Assembly (NCBI GenBank): GCA_030167865.1
Contig: JALAGF010003830.1
Location: 1 to 58,402, forward strand
Length of the DNA stretch: 58,402 bases
Source of the DNA: Craspedostauros australis
Lineage: Eukaryota
Reading direction: 5' to 3'
Shown: positions 44,901 through 56,155 of the stretch, in pieces
Numbering within the stretch: the stretch's first letter is position 1
Layout: each line of letters opens with the position of its first letter
Notes under the pieces: generated by a model
The model's input: the letters and a program-made list of their open reading frames with translations, nothing else
The model's database searches: none
What the model was told of the DNA's origin: nothing
Translations under genes and position numbers: made by a program

Positions 44901-46823
44901 ACCCAGTCAGCACAACTTGATCTGTCCGAGCAAGACCTGCCATATCTGCACCCTGTACACCAGAAGGAAGTGGCACTGAGACCGTTCTCGCTTCTCTTCA
45001 AGATGGACAAGACACACCACGAACTCTTCGAAGTCGGTGTCGTGGATGACATGACCGAGGCGACGAGAATCTATTTTGGCCACGCTGTCATGGATGCTCT
45101 GAATGGAACCAACGCCACAGGCTTTTTGCGCTCACAGCTTGAGTTTGTCGACGTCAAGAGCTCCGAGGAATCATCCGAAGGGGATGTCAGCATTGATGTT
45201 CATTTCGTGCCAAAGATGTACTTCGCAATTCCACCAACACCATCAGCATCACTTATTCCAGCACGAGCCGATCTGAATGCCATCATCGCTCAGGTATTCA
45301 GAGAGCAGGACGATTCATCGACGACGTACACGAAGAGCCTGAAGGAGTCCCTGCCTGAAACAAGTCCATTCGTCACAGCAGAATCGGTCACGTTCATGCA
45401 CGAATCCAACCTCCCGCACATCGACGACCAATCCGGTAAGGAGGTCATCAGCGTGAGGCTACCGTCGTACATGGTGCAGTTCATTCTGTCTTCGACTGCG
45501 GAGATCGAACCGGAATCCAAATACCTGCAAGATCTGACAGCGCTGACTGATTCGTACATGCGAGCATTTATCACGGCTCGTGTCAATGAACAGTACGACG
45601 ATGTCATCATCATATCTATTGCAACGGAGTTTGAAGATCACGTCGTCCGCAGCCAGGAGGTCTCCGAAGAGGGTCGCACAGGTGATGCAGATGATGCGCG
45701 CATTCGCACGCACATCATGATCTTTCGAACGAAGGTTGATTTCAGCGCAACGTCGCCGCGTCTCATCGAATTGGCGGAACTGGATCACATGCGGAAGCAG
45801 GCCTTCCGCGGCGAGAGTCTGACAGGGTACATGTCGATGTTGAATCAGCTGCCCGGCGACAATCCATTCTCTTCCGTTGTCTCGTCCGACGAGGAGGTCG
45901 CGCTGGACGACGAGACCACCGACGAACCCGAATTGAGCACCGCGTCGACAAAGCCATGGATTTGGGATGGCGAGAAATGGATCCTGCTCGGCATGATCCC
46001 GTTGATCCTTTCCTGCATCGTCATGGGATGCGCGGTGTACCTCTACAAACGAACAGGCGAGACACTCCCATTGGTGGACAAGTCTCCCGGCGATTTCATC
46101 TCCGAAGATGGAAACAATGGCCGTCCTTGCTACCGAGACATCGAAAACAACAGCGGAGACGACAGCGCGGGTGACAACATCGCCGGTGAAAAAAGGCGAC
46201 CGAGCTGGAACAAATGGAAGAAAGCTGATGGTTCAGCCACAAGCTCCAGTTCTGGAGCCAGCCCGAAGATTGGAAGCCCGAACATGGAAACAGGGAACAG
46301 CATCCAAGCCCCAGAAATGGGATCGAATCATTCTCGCATCAGCGTCGCCCTCCCGGTCTATGACAGCGACACGTCGTCCATATATCTCGGAAGTGACCAC
46401 AACGACGATGGATGGAGCGCCAGCGGGTCTGTGGAAGGTTTGCATCGTAGAATGAAGGAGAACAAGAAGAAAAACGAAGAATTGGAGTACCTGGATGATC
46501 GCGACGGAAAGGATCTACTTTCCGAGCGCAGACGGAAGCAGAAGAAGGAGAAGAAAAAAGCGAAGAAGAGTCGCGGCAAGAAGATCACTGAAGAGGACAG
46601 CAAGCGCAAGTCCAACAAAAGGACACCTGATTCGTCAGAAGAAGAGAATCAACCCGCGCGACAATCAGATGACGATAGACCCGTTGCTCACAAGATAACT
46701 GAGTTGTGGAAGGTGGAAAGGGTGAAAGGGCCAACAGAGGACGATGATCTGGACGTGATGCAACTGGAGGGAATCGGCGGAATCTCCATCCCGTCGCCAT
46801 CTCAAGAGTTTGGCTCTGCGTAA
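41964..46823 (+). CDS. 1619-aa type I membrane mucin-like cell-surface protein with Lys/Gly/Ser-rich N-terminus, Thr/Pro repeats and three repeated globular domains
   Basis: Signal peptide, GKGKGKG and SSKSSKSSKSDK tracts, TDAPTQxQxx repeats, three domains ending in (N/S)PF, TM WILLGMIPLILSCIVMGCAVYLY, charged cytoplasmic tail. Confidence 0.88.
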   Translation: MGLNKTSTIGRWPLRLATGVLVCLHLVQTHVEGRPSNLNHHFDASNNHARNSIIGRGMTPQTEDARNLQSRFTNFFPLETDGKGKGKGKGKGSSKTNNNGKGKGNSSKKNAKSESTGKGLAQLPDGSQDGETEPSIGQSGGKGKGKGSSQPLRFCDELDFVDENDEMDSIDSSSKSSKSSKSDKSSGKGKGKGSTSEGSDSLSASMNERNDSGKGKGKGGKSGKAANCVRRLPSTARPTTTTAPSVGPTTEAPTGTSQTPVPTIAPTTILAVTLSPTETQATSQPTVPQLDTLPPSENLTTDQPTMLLPTEMPTTDDLPTLAPTDAPLPTSAPTNEPLITPMPTDVSLTTEAPTREVLMTQAPTDGTPATDAPTPAQQTTDSPTQAQLTTDAPTQAQATTAAPTQAQGSTDAPTQAQAATDAPTQSQAMTDSPTQAQVATDVPTQVQATTDSPSQAQATTDAPTQPQMTTDAPSQAQATTDAPTQPQATTNAPTQSQAATDAPTQSQATTDAPSQAQVATDTPTSAQVATDAPTQPQITTDAPSQSQVATDAPSQAQVSTDAPTQAQVATDAPTSAQVATDAPTQPQITTDAPSQSQVATDAPSQAQVSTDAPTQAQVATDAPTSAQVATDAPTQSQVTTDAPTQAQAMTDSPTQPQAMTDSPTQPQVATDAPTQAQVSTNAPTQPQVTTDSPTQPQVATDAPTQTQVSTDAPTQPQVTTDSPTQPQITTDAPTQPQVTTDTPTQPQVTTDAPTEGPVVTTEMPTSPQPTTLSPTVSPAPTVPATLSPTTTMSPTITMSPTNDPFGEETEGIEETEITIGPIPFSVVYRLDSVKPEIVEWHLTSLEGLTRTFLSNFMKGEFEAGIDSMQDDSTTPDDAISRRSLIEEDIDADTNVFDAIHDFSTSVVDFRVLPSTDNDTKDGISTIQVDFTSIARFINPAHSPTTQKLLNGLRTAFSEDHISEYQNGLMLLGHSNPFSTTQSAQLDLSEQDLPYLHPVHQKEVALRPFSLLFKMDKTHHELFEVGVVDDMTEATRIYFGHAVMDALNGTNATGFLRSQLEFVDVKSSEESSEGDVSIDVHFVPKMYFAIPPTPSASLIPARADLNAIIAQVFREQDDSSTTYTKSLKESLPETSPFVTAESVTFMHESNLPHIDDQSGKEVISVRLPSYMVQFILSSTAEIEPESKYLQDLTALTDSYMRAFITARVNEQYDDVIIISIATEFEDHVVRSQEVSEEGRTGDADDARIRTHIMIFRTKVDFSATSPRLIELAELDHMRKQAFRGESLTGYMSMLNQLPGDNPFSSVVSSDEEVALDDETTDEPELSTASTKPWIWDGEKWILLGMIPLILSCIVMGCAVYLYKRTGETLPLVDKSPGDFISEDGNNGRPCYRDIENNSGDDSAGDNIAGEKRRPSWNKWKKADGSATSSSSGASPKIGSPNMETGNSIQAPEMGSNHSRISVALPVYDSDTSSIYLGSDHNDDGWSASGSVEGLHRRMKENKKKNEELEYLDDRDGKDLLSERRRKQKKEKKKAKKSRGKKITEEDSKRKSNKRTPDSSEEENQPARQSDDDRPVAHKITELWKVERVKGPTEDDDLDVMQLEGIGGISIPSPSQEFGSA
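43071..44225 (+). repeat. Coding minisatellite, 30-bp unit (TDAPTQxQxx), about 38 copies, with higher-order 150-bp and 90-bp duplications
   Basis: 30-nt periodicity is visible directly. 43531-43680 is identical to 43681-43830. 43941-44030 and 44031-44120 differ at about 3 sites. Confidence 0.93.
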
Positions 46824-48297
46824 TTGCGGATGTGTGTTGTACTCATAGCACGAGGAGAGCACATACTAGCAATGTGGAGAGTAGAATGCTACCTTGCAAG
46901 CCTCTCTGGAGGGAAACTATTCACTGCGCAGTGTCATGGAATGGCATGGCGCGAGTATGGTATGGTACACACGATGCACATACTCGTACTATTACTCTAT
47001 TCAGGGGGATAAAATAACAGTACTACTCGTATGGAATATGTGCAGGCCACGTGTGCGCCAAATGTATCAGTATAGCTACATTCACAGGTACCGGCGCCAG
47101 CATCATCGTGGACACAAGACCAGGGCATCCGTCGTATCATACGAGCAACTGGTATGATCACAAGCAACCGCCTGTGGCCATCCATGGCCACCCATGGCCA
47201 CCCATGACCACCTGTAACCGTTCAAAGAGCTGCTCCGCGACCTTCACTGATAGCGTGACAGTGATGAGGCCTTCTTCATTACCCATCCTGCTTTCATGCT
47301 TTCATGTGTGTAAGGAAGTCAGTGGCCTCACATACTCTACTCTACGACGGTGTCTCACATGGATACAAGAACGGACGCGAGTGGAGTATTTGCAGCAACA
47401 GTCGCGACAACGGTTGTCGCAAGACAAACCGCCTGGTTGCTCATGCACCACATTCGTGCTGTGTTCCACGCCGTACGAGGACGAGGAGCGGCAAACTGAT
47501 GCAGGACCACTGGCGTTCCAACTCTGTTCCAACTCCGCTCCTACCAACGCGACATCGTTGATGAAGTCCAATCCACAAATGTCATCATCAAGATGCCTCC
47601 AGAGAGGGGTCCGCAAAGATGGACGGACAGCCTGTCGGTCCACCATGATCAAACAAGGCTGGTGCGATCAAATGGGAGTGAGTAGAGGCGAGCAGAGGTG
47701 AGTAGATTGTTGCTCTGCACGTGGGTTTCAATATAATCGAAAGGCACATGTAGGGCTAGTCATTGTTCTAGTACTCCACCTATCCGCATTACTTTCTTGC
47801 TCATTCATTCAAAAAAGACGAGGGTCCATCGACCATGCGCGGGTACGCATGCAGTTGCCCATGAAGTACTCTTCGTTCTTGTTGAGCATCCAAGCTTGAA
47901 TCCGTTTGCGGCTTCGAACTATCATCACTGCGCGTGCGTTGTTTGTGTTGGGCGAACCCATGCTTCGGTAGAGCTTTGCAGTGCCCTCACTCCATGTTGC
48001 AGGCCGTCATGGCATGCTCCTCTGCTGGTGTTGTATCGATCGATGAGTGGTTAACAAAGAGGTCTATTCTTGATCGGCAGTCTATTTTTGGCGCCAAACG
48101 TGTTGAAGGATCTTTGCGAAGTTTTTGATGTGTTGGATTGCTGTTGCGTCGCATCCACGTCAGAGGTGTCAACACAATCACTATTCGTGTACGTGCACAA
48201 GCATCCTCCTCCACACCAGGAGCCGCATCATTTCACACGCCAAGCCCTCAGCGACGGAGTACACGGAAACGACTGTACGCTGCACTACCATTCAATC

Positions 48298-49113
48298 ATG
48301 GCCATCGTTCGCACCATTCTGCATCGCCTGCCTCTTTTTGCAACGTCCTGTCTCCTCATCGCATGCTTCTTGGTGGGAGGACATCAAGGATGCGATGCAT
48401 TTTCACCTGCAGCGGCGCAGTCATTCCATGCAAAGGCAACGGCAAAGGCAACGGCAACAGCACCGCCGTCGTCGTTGTCCGCTCACCCCGAACTCGTTGC
48501 GACTATCACGGCAACAATCATGGATGCATCATCGCCCGTGAATGACATACTGTCAGCCACGTCGGCAGTGTTGGCGGACGCACAAGCGCTGGACGCAGCG
48601 GCAGCAACAGACGCCGCCATCAGTTCGGTCAGTCCAGAAGCAACGGCTGCGACGACCGAATCCTGGAGACAGTACGTTCCATTGATCGTGAGTGGCGTGG
48701 TCATCTTCGACATCCTGCTGGGATCTCCGTTGCTCAACACGGTCGCAGCGCCGTTGCGTCAAGCATCCATGAAGGACGACACCGCGCTCAAGGACTTCAG
48801 CGATCCCACCGATGAAAAAGCGCCGGAGCAGCCCAAAGGTGGATTGTTCCGCTTCCTCGCCGGTCCGGAGTACGATGCCGATGCCGACAACGAACGTCGC
48901 CGTGGAGAACGCATCGATACCACGCAAGTGGCACAGGATGCCATCGACCGGGCGCGATCGACTTTGGAATTGAAGAAGTTCTTGGACGAATCGAAATCCG
49001 ATTGGGACAAGATGAAGGATGTGCAGAAGCAGCTGGATCAGGACATGGCGAAGCTGGACACCGACTTGCAGGCCCGGCAGGACGAGCTGGACCGCCGTGG
49101 GGAATCGAAATGA
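48298..49113 (+). CDS. Plastid-targeted hypothetical membrane protein with C-terminal coiled coil
   Basis: Signal peptide ending CDA|FSP (ASAFAP motif), TM WRQYVPLIVSGVVIFDILLGSPLL, heptad-like C-terminus. Confidence 0.82.
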   Translation: MAIVRTILHRLPLFATSCLLIACFLVGGHQGCDAFSPAAAQSFHAKATAKATATAPPSSLSAHPELVATITATIMDASSPVNDILSATSAVLADAQALDAAAATDAAISSVSPEATAATTESWRQYVPLIVSGVVIFDILLGSPLLNTVAAPLRQASMKDDTALKDFSDPTDEKAPEQPKGGLFRFLAGPEYDADADNERRRGERIDTTQVAQDAIDRARSTLELKKFLDESKSDWDKMKDVQKQLDQDMAKLDTDLQARQDELDRRGESK

Positions 49114-49527
49114 AAGGTGAAGTCTGGAGAGTTGGAGAGCAGCAGTGATACTCTGCTTTGGGTATTGTACCATATCCACCGTGCCAAACATGGGCTGCCG
49201 ATGATGGAACTATCGCACTCCAAGTCTAATCGTATGGAGCGTCGACTGAGAACCTGCAATGCATGCCAACGTTGCGGTGCGAAGGACGAACGAAGGAGGG
49301 GTAGCGATAGTCGTCAAATACTTCACTCTAAATTGGAAGTACGACGAGTTAGTATTGTGTTTTCAGATATCATTTACCGTTTCGCCGATCTTGCAGGTGT
49401 TACTGGCAACTATGCAATCCACGACTGGCACATACACCGAAGTCCACATCGCGCCATTGTGAATTGGTACGTGCCCTGCCCGCGCCTCTCCAGTGGTAGA
49501 GCGTTGTTTGCGACCTGGCCAGAACAT

Positions 49528-52500
49528 TTAGAAGCATTCATCGCAGCAGGAGCAAGCTACTCGGTTGCTGATGCCGCAATCTGCAGAAAGCTGGCTGAAT
49601 CTGAGCGAGGCTTGGAGGTCGGTGTTGTTGCAGATGGGCGTGGTGAGATCGCCTCCGAGATTTGGATTGTGTTGCAACTCCAAAACGTTCAAGCTGGACA
49701 ATAGAGCGACTTCTTGCGGGATGAGACCCGTGAAGTCGTTGCCATCGAGTTTTAGTTCCGTCAGCACAGGAAGGCTCCCCAATTCCGCAGGGATTTGATT
49801 CGAGAGCGAGTTCCCGGAGAGATGGATTTCCGTCAGATCTTGTGAAACCGCGATGTCCGCCGGGATGGACCCACCCAAGCCATCGCCAGCCTCGTTCGTC
49901 AAGTGAAGAACTTGGAGATTCGGAAGCTTGGCGAAAGATGTGGAGAATGACCCCTGCAGCCGGCAGCTGTTGCCTATCAAAATGAAATCCAAGCAAAAAA
50001 TGAAGCGAGGGATGAACGGGCAATTCAATGATAGCATGAGTGGAAAAGCCAGCTGGTGAATGAGCCAGGAAGGAACGGGAATGCACCTGCATGTACGAAC
50101 ACCCACAGGAGACAAACCCATTACTCTATGTGCGCCGTGTTTCATCGCAATCAACGTCATCGTGGCGAACGAACGTTGCCAAATGTACTTACACCGTATG
50201 CTCTCTAACTTCGGCCGGGCAGCAGCACCGAAGAAAGCGCTCATCCTCCATTCAAAGTCGTTGTCGTCGATTTCATCTTGCTGAACGTGAGCGTGTGAAC
50301 CCCAGACACGCAAAGAAGATAAAAATAGCAGCCGAATGACAAGCTTGTGTGAGCATTTTGCCTTCGGTACGACGGACGCCCTCATTCATCAATTCATCAG
50401 CAGCGTTGAGACATTCAAACATCAACTCACCACGTGGAGAATTTCCAATGTGTCCGAGGAGCCAGAGAAAGCTGGGAGTGTCCCATTGAATGAATTCCCT
50501 TGGATTTCGAATCGAACCAAAGCCGGCAACAGATTGAATCGCGCTGCGATTGTCCCCGTCATTCTATTGTTGGCGATTCGAAAGTCCTCCAACAAGGCTA
50601 TGTTCGCCATGTTCGGTGGTATCGGCCCCGACAGATTGTTGTTTGTGAGAACGAGATGTTCCAGGTTTGGCAACGAGGCCATTTCGGTTGGGACGATTCC
50701 ATGAATACGAGAATCTGTGACAACGAAAGTGTCGAGGTTGCGAAATCTTGCGAATGCTGCAGAAGGCAGAGTGCCGTTGAAATCGACACAACCAGCTTTC
50801 ATTGCCACAATGAATTGATCGCGAACGAGTACCAAACAAACAATATCGCGCGTTAGTTATACGTGAGCACGCAACGTCGATTGAATTCAAAGGAGGCAGA
50901 TGGTTGCATCGTCCAAAACTGTCAGTTCGTGACGCGACAGTCCAGCCCAACAATGCGTAAGCCTTTCCATACATACATGCGTGTATGCAGGCATGAGAAC
51001 CAACATGCTTTGTCGTTTCAGTACTCCAACCATGCAGATTTTGGACTTACCATTAAACTCTCGCAGACGATCACCTTGGATGGAGTCGAGAATGGTTTCG
51101 ATGTTCCCATACAGCACGCCGCAATCTTGTTGTTGCTGTTATGTGTTGTGTGTTGTTTTTGGTGCGAAGATAGATGCGTTGGAGCGGGACGTCCAAGAAA
51201 GGCCAACCATTGCACACGAGAGTGAGTTACGAGTACGTTGTCAAATCACATGCAAGCAGACGATCACAAGGAAATGAACGTCCGCCTCAAACGTTGCTGC
51301 AGCTGAGGCACCGCCTGAGCAAAACATACACTCCCGATGTCGCAGTTCACCAAAAAGATCGCATTGTCGCACACTCACCAAACTGACTGATTCCAGAACG
51401 GTGTTCGCGCTCGAGAATGCTGGGATGTGGCCATTCAATTCATTGCCCGACAAATCGATGGATCGGAGCTCGTTGAGGCCACTGATTCCGGTCGGAATAG
51501 CCCCGGTGATGTTATTGTTCGCCAATGACAGCCGTTGCAGATTGGACATTTGCTCCCACCCATCCGGAATCGCACTACCCACTTGATTGCTGTCCAATTC
51601 GATGACCAGGAGATCCAACAGGAAGATTTCGGTTGGTATGTACCCGCCGACGTTGTTGCTGTTCATGATGAATCGACGAGACTGCTTGTTGCTTTCGCAG
51701 ACAAAGCCGTAAGTGGCCGAATCTGCCTCCGGGTTGACATCATTCCAGTCGCAGATGTGCAACCCTTGCAGGAAGTTGAAGTTGGAGCCCCAGGACAGGC
51801 CATCCAGAGCGTAGTACATCACAGTGAGGGCGTACCTGTCCGTCAAAAACTCTTCGTCGAAGTTCGACGGGTACTCATTGTCCATTTCTGCGACCCACGT
51901 CCACGCTTTGTACTGCGGTGTGAGCTCGTCCAGGGCTTTGGCACCAGAAATGTTCACGGCCAAGTCTCGCATGAAGTCCTCTATTTTGATTTCTTCGATG
52001 GGAGGACCCGTCGGCAGATTCAATCGTGGAAACGCTGTTGGCGAAACCGATGGGACGAGTGTCGGCAGCTTCGATGGTACTGCGGATGGCAACTGCGTCA
52101 CCAAGGGCTGTTGTTGAGGAGGGTCAGTTGTTCCAGGGTTGCTGCTGCTGCCGCCGCCGCCACCTCCTGACGACTGGGTTGCAAAGACACCAGCCACTCC
52201 GCCAGCAATCGCCACCAAGAGGCAGACCAAACCGGCAATGATCATTCTGTTCTTCTTCTTCTTGGAGGACATTGCTTCGGCGATTCTCGCATCCAGATCT
52301 TCTTGTTCGCTTCTGCGACCAGATTCTCCAGGTAACTTCGAGCCATCGCCGTCTGCATTCCCCAACGGTACGTCTCGATCCCCGTCGACGTCTCCGTTGT
52401 CATTAGCGGCATTATCCTCTTTGATAACTTCACCGCTGACGACGTTGGTGAAGATATCGCGTTGGACATCTCTTCGGATTTCATTTGTCATCCTTTCGCG

Positions 52501-53775
52501 CTCCTCATTGAATTCGGAACGGATGCGATGGCGAAACTCTTCGAGACTTTCCAACCGGCTGTCCTCCACTGTTTGAGCCGCGACTGCCACCACATCCGCT
52601 TCCATCATTTCCGGTGTCGCGAGTTGATCTTGGGTTGCGTTTCCATCTGTGGAAAGATCAACATCGTGAGAATGGACAGGTGCCTCTTCTGTACTCGTAG
52701 CCACGTGCGTGGAGGCGTCAATTGCGGAAATGGTTTGCTCATCAACCCTTGAATTCGACGCGGAGGCCGGATCATCTTGAGGTGATGCCATTGACGGAGA
52801 CAGAGCCGCAGTTGGAGTTGCTTTTCCAACGGAGGATTCGGAATCCTTCCCACTGCTGCCCGATCGGTTCATTTGGATCATGCGCAAGGATGATGTCGCG
52901 GCATCAACGAAGACGGGAGGCGAGTGATCACCATTCTTTTTCTTGGCGAGATCATCACGATCGTTGCTTTTGTCGTTGCTGCGACGATTGATGGTGATTT
53001 TCTTCTCTTCTGTTGGCTGGGAGTCGCCCGACTCATCTAGCATTTCGTTGATCCATCGTTCTCGGCTGCTGACATCCCCATCGCGCTTCATTTTCTCTTT
53101 CGATCGCGCTGGAACTGACACTGCGCCAACCGTTGTTGCTCCCGACACTGTCTTTGATGCCTTCGTCGTCGACTGCACCCCTGTGTCCCCTTCCATCTTG
53201 CGAGCATATCTGGCCGTCTCGTTGGCTGCCAACGCTGCCTTGCTCTCGTTTGCCACATCCCTCTTTATGCTATCTTGCAGCTCGTCATGTCGGCGTTGCT
53301 GTCTTGCCGCGCCTTCCAAACGCTTACCTCCAACAATGAGCTGATGGCCGGATCCTCTCATCTTGGCCTCCATGCGGTCATCGGGTTCCGATGCTGCCAC
53401 CGCGCCTGCTCCGCTCTTCTTCGCCATGCGATCGATGTGAGTCTGTCTCCTTTGCGTGATGCGACGGCTTTTGCGAATTTTCCCCTGTGGCTTATGCGGA
53501 GGTGCAGTAGATGGTTCCGAGTTGCCACCGTAGCGCTCGTTTATGGCATCAAAGATCTCTCTGGCATCGTCATCCTCGTCATCCTCGTCGTTGTCGCTGT
53601 AGATATGATGGCTCCCTTCACCGTGGCCTTCCAGGCTCATGCGATTCGGCTCGTGCAATCCATCATCACCTGATCGAGACCTCCCTTCAACATCCTGGCT
53701 ACGATCCAGCCACTGTGGCGCCCCACCCAGTTGTTGACCCCCACCTCTCTGCGCATCACTCTCAATCACACCCAT
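49528..53775 (-). CDS. Type II membrane LRR protein; exons 53775-51379, 51135-51051, 50795-50431, 50280-50193, 49973-49528
   Basis: Long charged N-terminus and TM IIAGLVCLLVAIAGGVAGVF. Cap TPQYKAWTWV...DRYALTVMYYA...HICDWN, then LRRs and C-terminal ADC...VACSCCDECF. Four GT-AG introns, all phase-consistent and restoring LRR register. Confidence 0.87.
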
Positions 53776-54363
53776 TCTGCCTTCGGTCGTTGCTTTTCAC
53801 CTTGGTCTGACAACACTTCGTTCTCTCGTCCAATCGCTGGAGCATGACGATGTGTGCCTGTGTGTGAATGAATGGACAGTGCTTCCTGCTCGTACTCGGG
53901 TGTGGCTCTCGATGCGCGGATGGCTGCACATGTGAATGACTTCTTCTTGCGCGGCAGAAGCATCCTCTCTTCCCAGTCATCCCACTCTCTCCCTCTCTTG
54001 TACTCGATCACCCATGCGCAGTCATGTGTCTGCCCCCTCATGTGAAAAGCGTTCCTGCCAACACCGACAACGAAGCAGCGAATTGTGCGGATTCGTCACT
54101 TCCCAAGTTGAGCTTTTCCCCTTGTTTCTGAATTTCATGCGAGTTGAATTAGGACTACGTCAGTCCTTCAAGAAGAAGAATCTACACTGAATATATCTAG
54201 AGGAGATGGGACAAAGTTCAAAGATCATTTCAGTCGCTACGGCCACACCCCACCCCGTCATCATTCCTCGACTACAACGACACTATTTCATGACTGCGAG
54301 TCTCGGACCCTGCTCTATCGTGATCATGTTCGTATTTAAAGCACTTCGTAACCGCCACCACGA

Positions 54364-55788
54364 TCACAACTTTCGTGCCACGAAGTGGATCATGGTGCGT
54401 CCATGATCGGAGTCCATCGCGATCTCATCATGCAAGATTTCCCATGCACTCGCAAAAAGATCTCGAAGTTGGTGTCGCTCGAGGACGGTCTTTTCGGAGG
54501 GATGGGCGAAATCCCATGCAGCTCCCACGGTTGGTTTGCAGAAATGGGAGATTGCAAATATTGTGCCTCTGCCAATCCGCAGGCTTGTTTCTTTTGTGGC
54601 AGTCGCGATGGATCGAACCAATTCGGGCTTCCAAAATCGGACGCAGTAAATTGCGTGCAGATGTGATAATGGCAATGACGACGATGACGGTGATGCGGTG
54701 GTGGCGTTTGCATCTCGCGATGCTTCTGAATTGTGCTGGGCCAACATGTTCGTCTCCACGTTCATCCAATTCGAAGCATCCAGACAGGCATACTTGGCTG
54801 CCGATGCAACTCCTCGTCGTTCAAAGAAGGATGTCAGCTGCTCGATATCAGCGTCCTTTCGATACCGATGGTCGATGGCGACGACAGACAATTGTTGGTC
54901 GTGACTGGGACCATCACCGTTGTGAGATAGCGGCACGTTGCCATTGGCTATGATCGTTTCGGCGACATACGCAACATCTCTGCCTGCTCCGCTGGCCAAA
55001 TCCCATATCTCGAATTTGTTCGTTGTGACTGATGCGTGGCCAGTTCTGCATGATGCACGTGATTGGAATGCCGCATAGTCTTTTTGGAGCAATGGGACGA
55101 GCACGTTGGCAACCATGGGATCTGGTTGCCACAGCCGTGGGAAGGGGAAATCTACGGGGTGTGGTTTGTGCGGCCCACCACCATCTTGTTTCGCACTGTC
55201 GTTGTTGCATTCCGTGGATCCAGTGGCATGCAGACCAAGTTCTTTGACTTCAGCCCACGTCATTGGATCATCCCCCAGCATGACGTATGGGACCTTCCAA
55301 AGCATCGCAGGTTGTTTTTCCTGCCCATCATTCGAAGACGACGCCTCTCCCTTTGCCGATTTGGAAGACTTCGAATTCGGCACATTGCGCTTCCGCTTCT
55401 TGCGTCGTCGCGACATGATCTGCTGCAACTGCAGCAACTCTTTGTCATCTTGCGCCAGCACAGCGAACGGCAAATGCCGTGCGGGTAGTTCGAAGTTGCG
55501 ATCCGGTAGGAAGTGCAGCGGAATATGAACGACGCACAGCGCGTTGTAAGAACTCGAATGTATCGTTCTGCACCCTCCATTGCGCTCCTGTGGCCGCTCA
55601 ATACGATTCAATGCGTGCTCTCTTTCGTCGCGAATATCCAAGACGGGCAGTCGATACGACGGGTCTGAAGGATCGCCATGCTGCTTGTTTGCGCCAGTGC
55701 TAGCACGGGTATCCCGCGCATCGTCCCACCAGTACTTCGGCGAAGCGACGTCGAAGGTGTGGCTTGCTTCGTTGTCGGCATGTTCCAT
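54364..55788 (-). CDS. Rhodanese-like domain fused to class I SAM-dependent methyltransferase (TehB-like)
   Basis: N-terminal VLDIRDERE...VVHIPLHFLPDRNFELP is rhodanese-like. Then LWQPDP, motif I WDLASGAGRDVAYV, VVAIDH and CVRF. Confidence 0.75.
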   Translation of the reverse strand: MEHADNEASHTFDVASPKYWWDDARDTRASTGANKQHGDPSDPSYRLPVLDIRDEREHALNRIERPQERNGGCRTIHSSSYNALCVVHIPLHFLPDRNFELPARHLPFAVLAQDDKELLQLQQIMSRRRKKRKRNVPNSKSSKSAKGEASSSNDGQEKQPAMLWKVPYVMLGDDPMTWAEVKELGLHATGSTECNNDSAKQDGGGPHKPHPVDFPFPRLWQPDPMVANVLVPLLQKDYAAFQSRASCRTGHASVTTNKFEIWDLASGAGRDVAYVAETIIANGNVPLSHNGDGPSHDQQLSVVAIDHRYRKDADIEQLTSFFERRGVASAAKYACLDASNWMNVETNMLAQHNSEASRDANATTASPSSSSLPLSHLHAIYCVRFWKPELVRSIATATKETSLRIGRGTIFAISHFCKPTVGAAWDFAHPSEKTVLERHQLRDLFASAWEILHDEIAMDSDHGRTMIHFVARKL

Positions 55789-55827
55789 CGTGCGTCGTTG
55801 TGGCCGTCAGGATGATTGCTTCCTGTT

Positions 55828-55859
55828 GGATGTGGATGTGGATGTGGATGTGGATGTGG
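55828..55859 (+). repeat. (GGATGT)5 microsatellite in the 5' leader of the methyltransferase gene
   Basis: ggatgtggatgtggatgtggatgtggatgtgg, read directly. Confidence 0.85.
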
Positions 55860-56155
55860 TTGGAGATCACTTTCCCTGTGATGTCTGCTTCCTCTGGTGG
55901 AGAACGGGTTGGTTGATCGATTCCGTGACAAACATCATGAATCAATCGCGCCATCGTCACGGGATTTCAAGTCACGAATACATACGCACTTTTCTTGCAC
56001 ACATCAAAAGCCACTCATCGTCGGAAGCACAGCCGAGGACAACAACGATGACGACGCTCCATCAATAGCAGTGCCAATACGTCCATTCCGCACATCCGAA
56101 GATCACGGCCCTTTGAACGTACCCTCGTGCTAGTGCGAGAAGTGACATCATTTAA

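Noticed and set aside
47170-47420. Short CATGGCCACCC repeats and a GCGACAA/TTGTCGC hairpin as a MITE or regulatory RNA
   Set aside because: Too short, with no terminal inverted repeat pair or target-site duplication.
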